Positions 18,933 through 28,107 of a stretch of DNA of 64,000 nucleotides are shown in pieces (within the stretch, counting starts at the first letter, position 1; every line of letters begins with the position of its first letter). The notes under the pieces are model-generated. The model was given only the letters and a program-made list of their open reading frames with translations, was not told the DNA's origin and did no database searches. A program made the translations under genes and the position numbers. This DNA is from a virus (taxonomy: Duplodnaviria; Heunggongvirae; Uroviricota; Caudoviricetes), in IMG/VR virus record IMGVR_UViG_2541047680_000004; one strand, 5' to 3'.

Positions 18933-18994
18933 GTGTTTTCCTATGTGGTTGTTATGCGAAAATAATAAGTAAGCACTTATATATTTTCAAGAGA

Positions 18995-19020
18995 TAAAAA
19001 AGGCGTCCTGTGGACGCCTT
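18995..19020 (-). terminator. rho-independent terminator
   Basis: ggcgtcc-tgt-ggacgcc hairpin followed on the minus strand by a T-run; downstream of the recA-like gene. Confidence 0.6.
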
Positions 19021-19024
19021 GTGT

Positions 19025-20098
19025 TTACTCTTCTACTGACTCGGTGGGGTTGTCTTTTGCTCTTCGGTCGTCGATTGCCTGCAAAGCCGCAATGATTTCA
19101 GCCAGTGGCTTCTCCCGATACATCTCGACGATCTGCGATTTGGTGTATTTCTTGTCACCAATTTCAACTCGCCCGCTGGCGTTCTTTGGCAGGTATCCTT
19201 CTTCCAGCATGTACTCGACGAGCGATTCGATAACGTCGAGGCCACGAGTAGGATCGAAGTAGAATTTCCAGGTGCATTTGCCATACGGTGGTGCAACTTT
19301 GTTTTTGATGCATTCTGCGCCTACGTCCTGGCCGATCTTCTCTTTACCATCCTTCATCACCGATGCACCAAGACGGATACGTACAGAAGCGTAGAACTTC
19401 GGTGAATCTCCACCTGGCGACGTAGTAGGGTCGCCAAACATTACACCGATTTTTGTGCGAACCTGATTCAAGAAGATGATGCAGGCGTTGTATTTGCGTG
19501 CCCACAAAGCCAGAGTAGGGAAGTTCGCACTTGTCGCACGAGCCAGTGCCGTATTGTCGTTCATGTTTAGCTGATCTTTGTCTTTGGCAGTGCCTTCAGC
19601 CATCTTTTCGAACTTCTCGGCTTTGGTGTTCGGAACCATAGACGCAAGTGAGTCAGCCACGATACAGATAGGTGCTGATTCAGGGATAAGCTCTTCATCA
19701 CGTACCAATTTAAGTATTGTGCCGATCAACTCTACAGAGTCTTCGAAGGTGTCAGGCTGCTTGTATACCCACTGACCGTCATCCTCATCTGCGTTCAGGC
19801 CATTGGCTACAGCCAGGCCAACGTCAAAACTGTTTTCATGATCGAGGAATACCGCCAGACCATCTTGTTTTTGAGCGGAGATCATCGCTGCTGTCGCAAG
19901 GAACGTTTTCCCTGCACTTGGAGGACCGAATACTTCGACGATACGACCACATGGGAAGCCGCCATCGTAACGACCGGAAATAGCTTTGTTTAACGGTGGA
20001 AAGCCTGTATCAATCCAATGAGTTACTTTCTGAATTTCGTCGTTGCTACCGATTTTCTTTTTCAGAGCAAGTGCCAGTGCGGATTTTCCTTTTGCCAT
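19025..20098 (-). CDS. RecA-like recombinase
   Basis: GRIVEVFGPPSAGKTFLA (Walker A), ICIVADSLASM (Walker B region) and FLNQVRTKIGVMFGDPTTSPGG match the RecA core closely; 357 aa. Confidence 0.8.
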   Translation of the reverse strand: MAKGKSALALALKKKIGSNDEIQKVTHWIDTGFPPLNKAISGRYDGGFPCGRIVEVFGPPSAGKTFLATAAMISAQKQDGLAVFLDHENSFDVGLAVANGLNADEDDGQWVYKQPDTFEDSVELIGTILKLVRDEELIPESAPICIVADSLASMVPNTKAEKFEKMAEGTAKDKDQLNMNDNTALARATSANFPTLALWARKYNACIIFLNQVRTKIGVMFGDPTTSPGGDSPKFYASVRIRLGASVMKDGKEKIGQDVGAECIKNKVAPPYGKCTWKFYFDPTRGLDVIESLVEYMLEEGYLPKNASGRVEIGDKKYTKSQIVEMYREKPLAEIIAALQAIDDRRAKDNPTESVEE

Positions 20099-20100
20099 GA

Positions 20101-20373
20101 TCAGGCTCCTTTTGTTTCGTTGATTCGTTTTAAAGCGGCGGATTCGTCGAATACAATCGCATCGTGATTAAGGAGTCTGGATACACGAGCGAGGATTTTT
20201 ACGACCTGCTCGCTGACTAATCCAAACTCGCGATCTGTCGCTTTCATTCCGGCAGCGCCCAGAATTGACGGCAGTGCGATGACAGCGTACTCACCGTGAT
20301 AAAAGACAATCTCTTTTGCCAGTTGGGTGGGGGTGGTTGTAGCGCCATTAATAATCGATTTAAGCATTAGCAA
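20101..20373 (-). CDS. hypothetical protein
   Basis: 90-aa ORF between recombinase and flap endonuclease genes. Confidence 0.35.
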   Translation of the reverse strand: MLMLKSIINGATTTPTQLAKEIVFYHGEYAVIALPSILGAAGMKATDREFGLVSEQVVKILARVSRLLNHDAIVFDESAALKRINETKGA

Positions 20374-21362
20374 TACCTTTCGAATGGAAGAACAAACACT
20401 TCAAGGTCTTCAAGGAACGAACGGAAATTCAGCTCGTAGCACAGTTGCTCGAATGCTTTCACGTCACGATTGCCTTTGATTGTTTCGATTTCGGTAGGCG
20501 GAAACTTCGTCTCAATCAGGTTCATTAGCGTGATGTTTCTCTTGAACGCTTCGAGCATTCGACAGCCTGTTTTCTCGTTGAAGGCATTCTTCGCTAGTTT
20601 GTTGAAGGCGGTCTTATGGCGTCCTTTGTCAACCACGATTGAGCCGTCGTTGATGCCGCGTACCATCGTTGCGACACTTCCCCATTCATGCAGCAGCTCT
20701 TTCGCACCGCCAGCACCAATGCCACCAACACCGCTAATGTTGTCCGATTTATCGCCTTGTAATGCTTTTGCTTCCAAAAATGCGCGAGGAGTAGCGAATC
20801 CTGTCAGCTCCGCAAATTGCTCAAAATTAACCTGCTTGTTTTTGGCGTCTTCGCGCAGGCTTACCCAGCTTACGTTTTCGCGAACTAACTGAAGCCAGTC
20901 GCTATCGCCTGTTAACAGATAGATGTGTTCAACGGTTGGCTGCGCTGCCATGCGGGATACCAGCAGCCCGGCCAGATCATCCGCTTCTGCATCTTTTGCA
21001 ATGAGTTGGGTAACTCCAAGCGCGGTCATCATTTTGAGGATGTATGGCTTCTGGATAGCAAAGCCTTCCTTCATCTTTTTCATATCAGGATCGTCGTCGC
21101 GATTTGCTTTGTAGTCCGGGTAAAAGTCGCGACGCTTGTCACTAAATCCATCCCAAAGAATCATAGGTCGGGCATGGAGGATGGAGGCATAACGACGGAC
21201 GTTCTTAACAAAGCCGAAAGCAGCCTGTACTTCCATTTCGCCGTTGTGCAATTTGTCAGATTGTTGGTGGTAATAACCCAGGCTATTGCCATCTACGAAG
21301 AGATAATTCACCGGTACATTCCTTCCAAAAAGTAAGGCGTCCGTAGACGCCTTACTGGTCAC
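20367..21362 (-). CDS. flap endonuclease / 5'-3' exonuclease
   Basis: VDGNSLGYY N-terminus, GDKSDNISGVGGIGAGGA helix-hairpin-helix region; 331 aa. Confidence 0.85.
   Translation of the reverse strand: MTSKASTDALLFGRNVPVNYLFVDGNSLGYYHQQSDKLHNGEMEVQAAFGFVKNVRRYASILHARPMILWDGFSDKRRDFYPDYKANRDDDPDMKKMKEGFAIQKPYILKMMTALGVTQLIAKDAEADDLAGLLVSRMAAQPTVEHIYLLTGDSDWLQLVRENVSWVSLREDAKNKQVNFEQFAELTGFATPRAFLEAKALQGDKSDNISGVGGIGAGGAKELLHEWGSVATMVRGINDGSIVVDKGRHKTAFNKLAKNAFNEKTGCRMLEAFKRNITLMNLIETKFPPTEIETIKGNRDVKAFEQLCYELNFRSFLEDLEVFVLPFERYC
21331..21356 (-). terminator. terminator-like hairpin
   Basis: 11-bp stem agtaaggcgtc/gacgccttact with cgta loop, T-run on the minus strand; overlaps the annotated 5' end of the flap endonuclease ORF. 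Confidence 0.45.
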
Positions 21363-21371
21363 GTAATGGGA

Positions 21372-22400
21372 TTACAGAGAGTCCAGCTCTCTCAGTAGGT
21401 CATCCAGACCTTCATCTTCCGTCGCAGATGCGGTTGCTACAGATGTCGCTGCGACTGCTTCAGACTCTTTGACTGATACGGCAACGGCAGCGGAACTTGC
21501 CTCTGGTTTAAATTCAGTTTCAACGGCACGGAGGATTTCTTCATCAACCAGACTGGTTGGTTCAGAAGCCGGTGTGTGCGCGGTTGCTACAGCCGTCGCT
21601 CCTTCTGTATGACCAGTGACAGAGCCAAATCCAGGTAGTGCCGCAGCCGATGTTTTCGCGGTTGAGGAAATTGCTGGTGCAGATGCTGCGGCAGTTGGTG
21701 CAGCGATGCCAATCAGACGACCCATAGTGCGAACTGTCGACAGAAGACGAGTTTCATCAGCCTGATTTGCGTATGCGATCAGATCATGCTGGGTGTTCCA
21801 GAATTTATCTTCGATATCGCCTTTGTAGACTTTACGCTTAGGCGAGACGTCATATTTGGTATCGCGACCAGAGCCAGTACGTTTAATCAGGAATGCGTAG
21901 CCTTCCTCTTTGCTCAGTGGATTGCCGATATCATCAGCGATGTCTTCGGTGATTGCTTTGCAGATATCATCGAATACAGTAGACGGCAGCTCGATTAACT
22001 GGCATTTCTCAGCATCTGCGAAATCCTCACGAGCAGAAAGAATGCCGTTGACCAGGTAGCGAGGAGTGGCACGCATTTGACCGATGCGTTCTTCCATTGC
22101 TTTGTTACCCTTGTGACGAGCGCGACCTTCCATCACCATTTCGCATAGCTGACAAGCGCGACCGTGAGTATGTTGCTCACAAATATAAGCGTTGGTTGCT
22201 TCTTTACCTTCCTCGTTCTGATACTTAACGTAGTGCATACCGAAAGTCTGGAAGAACTTACCGTTTGGGTCGTCTTTATTCGGGAAGATGCGGATATAGT
22301 TGACGCCGTCTTTTAAGCGAGTCAGATCAACGTTGTTACCACGTTTGGCGGCAATGTCTTCACGAGTTTTGTTAAGCAAATCAAGTAATGTCTTAGACAT
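21372..22400 (-). CDS. single-stranded DNA-binding protein (T4 gp32-like)
   Basis: IRIFPNKDDPNGKFF ... CEQHTHGRACQLC resembles the gp32 Zn-binding OB-fold region; Ala/Ser-rich linker and acidic C-terminal tail DEGLDDLLRELDSL. Confidence 0.55.
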   Translation of the reverse strand: MSKTLLDLLNKTREDIAAKRGNNVDLTRLKDGVNYIRIFPNKDDPNGKFFQTFGMHYVKYQNEEGKEATNAYICEQHTHGRACQLCEMVMEGRARHKGNKAMEERIGQMRATPRYLVNGILSAREDFADAEKCQLIELPSTVFDDICKAITEDIADDIGNPLSKEEGYAFLIKRTGSGRDTKYDVSPKRKVYKGDIEDKFWNTQHDLIAYANQADETRLLSTVRTMGRLIGIAAPTAAASAPAISSTAKTSAAALPGFGSVTGHTEGATAVATAHTPASEPTSLVDEEILRAVETEFKPEASSAAVAVSVKESEAVAATSVATASATEDEGLDDLLRELDSL

Positions 22401-22517
22401 GTGTTTCTCCTTGTTGTGATTTGGCCGATGGCGCTATGCGCGTTGGGCTTTCGTTCATTCGTGGCTCTTTCGAGCTGTTAAATGATAGATCAGTACTTAC
22501 TTATTATCTATCAAAAA

Positions 22518-22973
22518 TCAACGGGGAGTAATAAAGCGTTCAGAGCCTAATCGCTCTAATTCAACGATGGCCATCTTTGACGCCTGAACGATCATGTCTC
22601 GGCGATGCGAAAAGGCGGCGACAGCATGTTTGTATATGTCTGCGATGTGCCGTGCTTCATCCAACTTCTGCCGTTTAGACAGATACTGTGGGTTTGTTTT
22701 AACCTTAGCGTCCAGTACAGATTCGTTGAACTTAATGCCGTTCATACTCAAGTTCTTACGCTCTGTGTCGTATAGCTTTGCTTCAACAGCTTCAAGGTTA
22801 AGTTTTGCTTCTGCGACACTTCTTTCTGCATGGGCGAGTTTTGAGCCATATTCCATCAACAGGCGGGGTTGTCTACGCCAGACTTCTTCCAGATTGTCTC
22901 GGTCAAACTCGAGATCAGACATTATTTTCTCGTAAATATCGGCGATCATGCACATTTCCTTATCACTTATCAT
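22518..22973 (-). CDS. hypothetical protein
   Basis: 151-aa ORF, predicted helical; no motif recognised. Confidence 0.4.
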   Translation of the reverse strand: MISDKEMCMIADIYEKIMSDLEFDRDNLEEVWRRQPRLLMEYGSKLAHAERSVAEAKLNLEAVEAKLYDTERKNLSMNGIKFNESVLDAKVKTNPQYLSKRQKLDEARHIADIYKHAVAAFSHRRDMIVQASKMAIVELERLGSERFITPR

Positions 22974-23044
22974 TTTGTATTGATTATATCATTGTAATGA
23001 TGAGGCAATGAGCTTGAAGATAGGGGGGGGTGAGGGGATAAGGG

Positions 23045-23069
23045 AAAACATGGCCTTTATGGCCATGTT
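23045..23069 (-). terminator. rho-independent terminator
   Basis: aaacatggcc-ttta-tggccatgttt hairpin immediately downstream of the polymerase gene. Confidence 0.55.
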
Positions 23070-23076
23070 TATTGGA

Positions 23077-26000
23077 TCACGTCTTAATAGTTTCTGCTAC
23101 GTCGGCTAATATCGCTTCTAGTCGTTCTCCCTCTTCAGGTCTGAAGTAAAGAATGTTGGGGTTAAACCCGTAAAAGACAGTAACGTCAAGGTCTGGAAGA
23201 TACTCCTTCCTGCCGACCAAATCGGATGGCTTGTTTTTGTTGTTAAACAATGCCGTTGCCCGGCTGCCACACGTCAGCACATAGGTCGGACGCACCAGAT
23301 TGATCTCTTCACGTATAAAGTCGGTGAACTGGCCGATCTCGTCTTTGGTGTAGTCTTTTTCTTTGTCTTTAACCTTCTTGCAAACGCCTGTGACATAGAG
23401 ATCGCCCATGCGTAAATCTCCAGCCGTCAATAGCTTGGCCTTAAAGTCGTCGTATCCGTTCTCCATAAAGTAACCGGTTCGAGCATCATTGCCGTTCGCA
23501 TTGTCCAGAATGATCATGATTTTCGGCTTAATACCAATGCTGGGGCGGATTAGTTCATCACCTAAGCCCATTTCAGCCGCCATCCGCGTCATGAGTACGT
23601 TAATTTCAGCCGAACGTTTGGGGTTCATCTCAAACGGACGTGAGGCTTTAACTGCGTCTATGACAAGATTTCCCATCAATTCAGCCTGGTCGCGTAGGCG
23701 CTCTGGAGCAGTTGCTGGCAGACTACCTGGCTCGATGGATGCAAACGCCCCTACTTTTTGCAGCGATTCGCGCACTCGACTATTACAGGCACGTTTCTCG
23801 ACAGCTTCTTCGAATTGCGCCAGTGACTCGAATTTGCCGCCAACTTTTTCTCGCGCTCTCATGATGGCTTGGCAGCCATTCTCAGAACACCCCTTCACAG
23901 CAGAGAATGGCGCATACAGCACCTGGCTGCCATCTTCAAGCGTGCGGATCTCGATTCGGTTAGATGACACGTTAACGTCTGGTGGCAATACGCGAATGCC
24001 ATAGGTCAGCGCATCTTTAACCAGCCCCTGGTGTTTATCTTCGCCAAGAATAGTGAGAGCAGCAGCGAAAAACTCTGCGGGATAATGAGTTTTCAACCAC
24101 ATAGATTGATAACTGATTAAGGAGTAAGCAACAGAGTGTGATTTGTTGAACTGGTAGGCACCATTTTTTTCGAATGCGGTCCAGATCTCCTTCGCTTTCA
24201 TCTCTGATAGCCCTGGATGTGACGCTGTAACGCGTACTGCGTTTATAGGTAGTTTTGCGCCGTGCTCAAGTGCCTCTTCGACAGTTTTCAGAGTTCCGTC
24301 TTCGCATTTAAAATGTTCCGCACGGTGAATGCGCTGTGTAGTGCCATCTTCCAGCTCAACGTCTATCCAGCCAGCTTGAGCCTGAACGATGAACTTCTCG
24401 CCCATGCTCTTCATTTTTTCCATGTTCTTCTTACCGATTGCGGAACGCACAGCGTCAGCTTCAGCCATTGTGAAGCCGGCAAGCAATCGAGTCGCGTTCA
24501 TCGTCTGTTCCTGATAGAGAATCACGCCATTTGTTTCCGCGGTAAGTTCATCAAGAACGGGGTGTAATGATTCCGGCGTCATAAAGCCTTTGGCGACAGA
24601 AACATAGTCATCCAACATGCCTGATTGAATTGGCCCTGGCCGGAAGAGCGCAGTCGTAGCGACGACCGTTTTAAAGCTCATTGGCTCAATTCCACCACCT
24701 AAATCTTTAAGCAGCTTGCGCATTGGGCCTGATTCAAGCTGGAAAACACCTTGAGTATACCCAGCAGCAAAACCATCCAGCACCTTGCGATCTTCAAGAG
24801 AAATGGCATCAAGATTGATATCTTCACCTGTGTTCTCTTTTATGTAGCGTTTTGCACTATCGAGCAAATCGAGAGTTGCCAGGCCAAGCACGTCCAGCTT
24901 AATTAGGCCCATAGCCTCGCAGTAACGCTTGTCAAATGCGATACAACGCGCGTCACCACGGCGCTCAACCGGTGTACGTTCTGTCAGAGGAACACCTGCT
25001 ACGATCATCCCTGCCGCATGTCTACCAAAGCCACGCATAAGGCTTTGTAACTTGCAGGCTGCATTGAATGCATCAGGATATTTTGTTGCGTATTTGTCGA
25101 GACTTGCCAGTTGTTCGCGCAGCTCTTCCAATGGAAGGCTATCATCCTCGACGTTCTTCAGTTCTTTTGATACCGCCATATCTGCGGACTCCACACCATA
25201 AATACGAGCGGTATCACGTAGTGCAGAGGCTGCGCCCAGGTAGGTGAAGTTCGGAATGCCTGCAACGTAATCTTCGCCGTAGCGTTCATTCAGATACTCG
25301 ATCACTTCATGGCGACGTGCCTGGCTGAAGTCCAAATCCGCATCCGGCAAGTCGAGACGCTCAGGGTTGATGAAACGTTCAAACAGAAGACCGTGACGGA
25401 TTGGGTCGACGTTGGTTATGCCTATGCACCATGCCACCAGAGATCCAGCGGAGGAACCACGACCAGGCCCGACAGGAATGCCAGTTTCACGGCTGTGATT
25501 CATCAGATCGCGTACCATCAGGAAGTAACCACAAAATCCCAGGCGAGTCAGCGTGTCCATTTCGTACTTTAGCCGCTCAACATAAACCCTGTTCTCAGAA
25601 GCAGGTGGTGTGTAGCCAAACTCTTTTGTGGTAAGACGTTTACGCAGCCCTGCAACAGCCAGTTTCATAAGCGTTGCAGGCTCGTCGTCTGCCATCTTTG
25701 GCAGTGCTGGCGGCAATTCATGCCAGCGCCATGTGCAGGCATCGATAATGGTATCCTGCGTTGTTGAGGCCATTGCAGCTGTTACCGGCACATCCATGCG
25801 AACGGAGAAGGCTTTAAGCGCCTCAAGGAGATGGCGGCGACCATTGACGGCGTTATCTCGCTGGTGGGGGATACGCAGACGATGCGGCTGGTCGATTTTG
25901 ATGTTGTTCGTAACCATGTGCGCAATGTCTTTAATGTCTGCATCGTCGATCGATTCGTAATAAGCGGGATAGAACGCCACTGGCTCTATTTTCAATGCGC

Positions 26001-26595
26001 TGGCGACTTTCATCGCCCGGACGTTAATCTGGTCGTAGAATGGGGTAGGGTGCGGATAAACCACACTATAGAAGTTGTCTTTTCCACCCGCTGTAATCAG
26101 TGTGCTTATGATTTTTGCAAAATCGTTGCGTTGGAACACGCTACCGATGTCGGAAGTAAGCAGGATGATGTTGCCTTTGGCATATGTAGAAACCAACTGT
26201 TCGAGCGAGAGACGCGGTACAAAGTAGAACTGTTCTCGTGTGTTGGCCGCCGTCATTAGTTCGCAGATGTCGCGATATCCTTTCTCATTTTTAATTAGAG
26301 CGGTAAACGAGTAGTTACGTCCTCGCTCTAATGATTCCATACATCCCTTAGATTCTTTAGCAAGTTTAGCCCGGTGCTCGTATGTGGGATCATCAACGAT
26401 ATTTAGTTTCACACCACAAATAACCGCCATGTCGTCACCAGCGGCACGTTGTAGTGGAATAACACTCGCAATATTCATGCTATCTGCTGAAATTACAGCG
26501 GTGTAGCCAGCTTCTCTGGCAATCTTCACCGCGTTTTCTGCTTTTAAAGCCGACTCCCCAAGTGAGAAGTCAGTTCGAACCATCAGTGCCTTCAT
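23077..26595 (-). CDS. dnaE: DNA polymerase III alpha-like replicative polymerase (DnaE family)
   Basis: N-terminal PHP-like region and the GPGRGSSAGSLVAWCIGITNVDP ... LLFERFINPER signature of DnaE-family polymerases; 1172 aa. Confidence 0.85.
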   Translation of the reverse strand: MKALMVRTDFSLGESALKAENAVKIAREAGYTAVISADSMNIASVIPLQRAAGDDMAVICGVKLNIVDDPTYEHRAKLAKESKGCMESLERGRNYSFTALIKNEKGYRDICELMTAANTREQFYFVPRLSLEQLVSTYAKGNIILLTSDIGSVFQRNDFAKIISTLITAGGKDNFYSVVYPHPTPFYDQINVRAMKVASALKIEPVAFYPAYYESIDDADIKDIAHMVTNNIKIDQPHRLRIPHQRDNAVNGRRHLLEALKAFSVRMDVPVTAAMASTTQDTIIDACTWRWHELPPALPKMADDEPATLMKLAVAGLRKRLTTKEFGYTPPASENRVYVERLKYEMDTLTRLGFCGYFLMVRDLMNHSRETGIPVGPGRGSSAGSLVAWCIGITNVDPIRHGLLFERFINPERLDLPDADLDFSQARRHEVIEYLNERYGEDYVAGIPNFTYLGAASALRDTARIYGVESADMAVSKELKNVEDDSLPLEELREQLASLDKYATKYPDAFNAACKLQSLMRGFGRHAAGMIVAGVPLTERTPVERRGDARCIAFDKRYCEAMGLIKLDVLGLATLDLLDSAKRYIKENTGEDINLDAISLEDRKVLDGFAAGYTQGVFQLESGPMRKLLKDLGGGIEPMSFKTVVATTALFRPGPIQSGMLDDYVSVAKGFMTPESLHPVLDELTAETNGVILYQEQTMNATRLLAGFTMAEADAVRSAIGKKNMEKMKSMGEKFIVQAQAGWIDVELEDGTTQRIHRAEHFKCEDGTLKTVEEALEHGAKLPINAVRVTASHPGLSEMKAKEIWTAFEKNGAYQFNKSHSVAYSLISYQSMWLKTHYPAEFFAAALTILGEDKHQGLVKDALTYGIRVLPPDVNVSSNRIEIRTLEDGSQVLYAPFSAVKGCSENGCQAIMRAREKVGGKFESLAQFEEAVEKRACNSRVRESLQKVGAFASIEPGSLPATAPERLRDQAELMGNLVIDAVKASRPFEMNPKRSAEINVLMTRMAAEMGLGDELIRPSIGIKPKIMIILDNANGNDARTGYFMENGYDDFKAKLLTAGDLRMGDLYVTGVCKKVKDKEKDYTKDEIGQFTDFIREEINLVRPTYVLTCGSRATALFNNKNKPSDLVGRKEYLPDLDVTVFYGFNPNILYFRPEEGERLEAILADVAETIKT

Positions 26596-26776
26596 GTGTT
26601 TTTACCTTTCTGGTTTTTTTTGATTTTGTCATTTGGGAAGCCTACGAACTTCCCATGCATCGAAATCGCAACTTCTTTTGCTGATTGGTGACAATCAGGC
26701 TTGTCTGGACACACCAGACAAGCCTGACCAGTTTCAGAAGCAGCGATAAGAGAGCCGAAACATCCTTTACGCACGA

Positions 26777-28012
26777 TCAACCAAATATTTTTTGAACAAC
26801 TTCACGAGCCGCTTGTGCAGAAGCTGAAGGGAGTTTGTTAATGAAAGAACGCTCAATACCTGTCACAAAGTCGCCTCGCATCATTCCAATCTTGGCCGAC
26901 AACAAAAGTTCACGAGGGCCAATTGGCTGACTGATAAGGTGTTCTTCGTATCCATCGCGAACGATACCGGCAAACTTAACCATCTTTTCTGCGTATTCAT
27001 CCACGATACCGGCATTTATCAACATGTTGATCTCTGCCTCTTTGCTCATGTATTTCACATTCGAAACGATGCCAAAACGCGAAAAGTTCGCGGCGTTCTG
27101 GATGTTTGTACCCTGGTACAAGCCGGTTTCATCACCAGATCCGTTCGTGTTGCCAGTGCCAATGAAAGCAAACCGTTCATGCGGAGTAATGCGACGCCAT
27201 TCTGGAGTTGCCTCTTTGATGACCAACGCTTCACCTTCCAGCACTGGCTGATACACGCCAAGAATTTGTGGAAACGCAAAGTCGTATTCATCCGCGAGGT
27301 AAACCCAGCCATGCTTCATTGCGAGCGCAAGCAAGCCAGGTTCGAAATACGTAGAGCCATCACGCGCCAGAATTTGCCCCGTAACATGTGCCTCTTCCAT
27401 TGATGCTGTATGTTGGGCACGGATCAACGGACGATTGAGCAAAGCACATAGCTGTGTAGGCAATGACGATTTGCCTGTTCCTGCATGACCCCACAAATAG
27501 CCAGGTATGCCAAGTTCAAGCATCATGAAAATATCTTTGATCAGTTCGAAGTCGCCATATACGTAGCCTTTCTTCACTTCGGGAACGAACTCTGGATACG
27601 GCGTATTGACGTTGACGCTAACCATGAGCGGCGTCCCACGTTTTGTTCCGAGTTCTTCCACCGTTACGTTTAGCAGTTCGTGAGCTGCGACCAGATCTGT
27701 CTTGTACTCAACTGTGCCTGTGTAGCCAGGGCTACTGGTCAAGCCAGAAGATTTGGCCATTTCGCTTTTTTGCTCGGCACGTTTAGCTTGAATTGCATCA
27801 AGTGCCTTTTTCGATAGCGTTGGTTCATCTGGAAACTGCGTTGTGTACATTTTCAGTACGGTGTCAGGATCGGCATCTTTTACTGACTCAGGAATGCCCT
27901 CGCAATTACCATTGGCTACATGGGACTTAAAATAGTGAAATGATTTGCCGCACCACTTGCAAACAAGGTAATCAGAAGGATTTTTTTCATTTTGCAGTGC
28001 AGTAGTCGTCAT
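26777..28012 (-). CDS. CobS/MoxR-like AAA+ ATPase
   Basis: Walker A GHAGTGKSS, Walker B VYLADEYD; N-terminal Cys/His cluster; followed upstream by a vWA-domain partner. Confidence 0.65.
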   Translation of the reverse strand: MTTTALQNEKNPSDYLVCKWCGKSFHYFKSHVANGNCEGIPESVKDADPDTVLKMYTTQFPDEPTLSKKALDAIQAKRAEQKSEMAKSSGLTSSPGYTGTVEYKTDLVAAHELLNVTVEELGTKRGTPLMVSVNVNTPYPEFVPEVKKGYVYGDFELIKDIFMMLELGIPGYLWGHAGTGKSSLPTQLCALLNRPLIRAQHTASMEEAHVTGQILARDGSTYFEPGLLALAMKHGWVYLADEYDFAFPQILGVYQPVLEGEALVIKEATPEWRRITPHERFAFIGTGNTNGSGDETGLYQGTNIQNAANFSRFGIVSNVKYMSKEAEINMLINAGIVDEYAEKMVKFAGIVRDGYEEHLISQPIGPRELLLSAKIGMMRGDFVTGIERSFINKLPSASAQAAREVVQKIFG

Positions 28013-28107
28013 GCGTTTTTCCTTTGTTCTCTAATGAGCGTTCAACTTCTTATATAAATATATCATTATCTATCGTAAGTGGTTACTTATCGTTGAGGCT
28101 GTTTTGT

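Noticed and set aside
26592-26780. 62-aa Cys-rich ORF between the CobS-like and DnaE genes, as a possible zinc-finger protein
   Set aside because: It overlaps both neighbouring genes' ends, is very short and has no conserved start context; cannot be distinguished from a chance ORF without comparative data.
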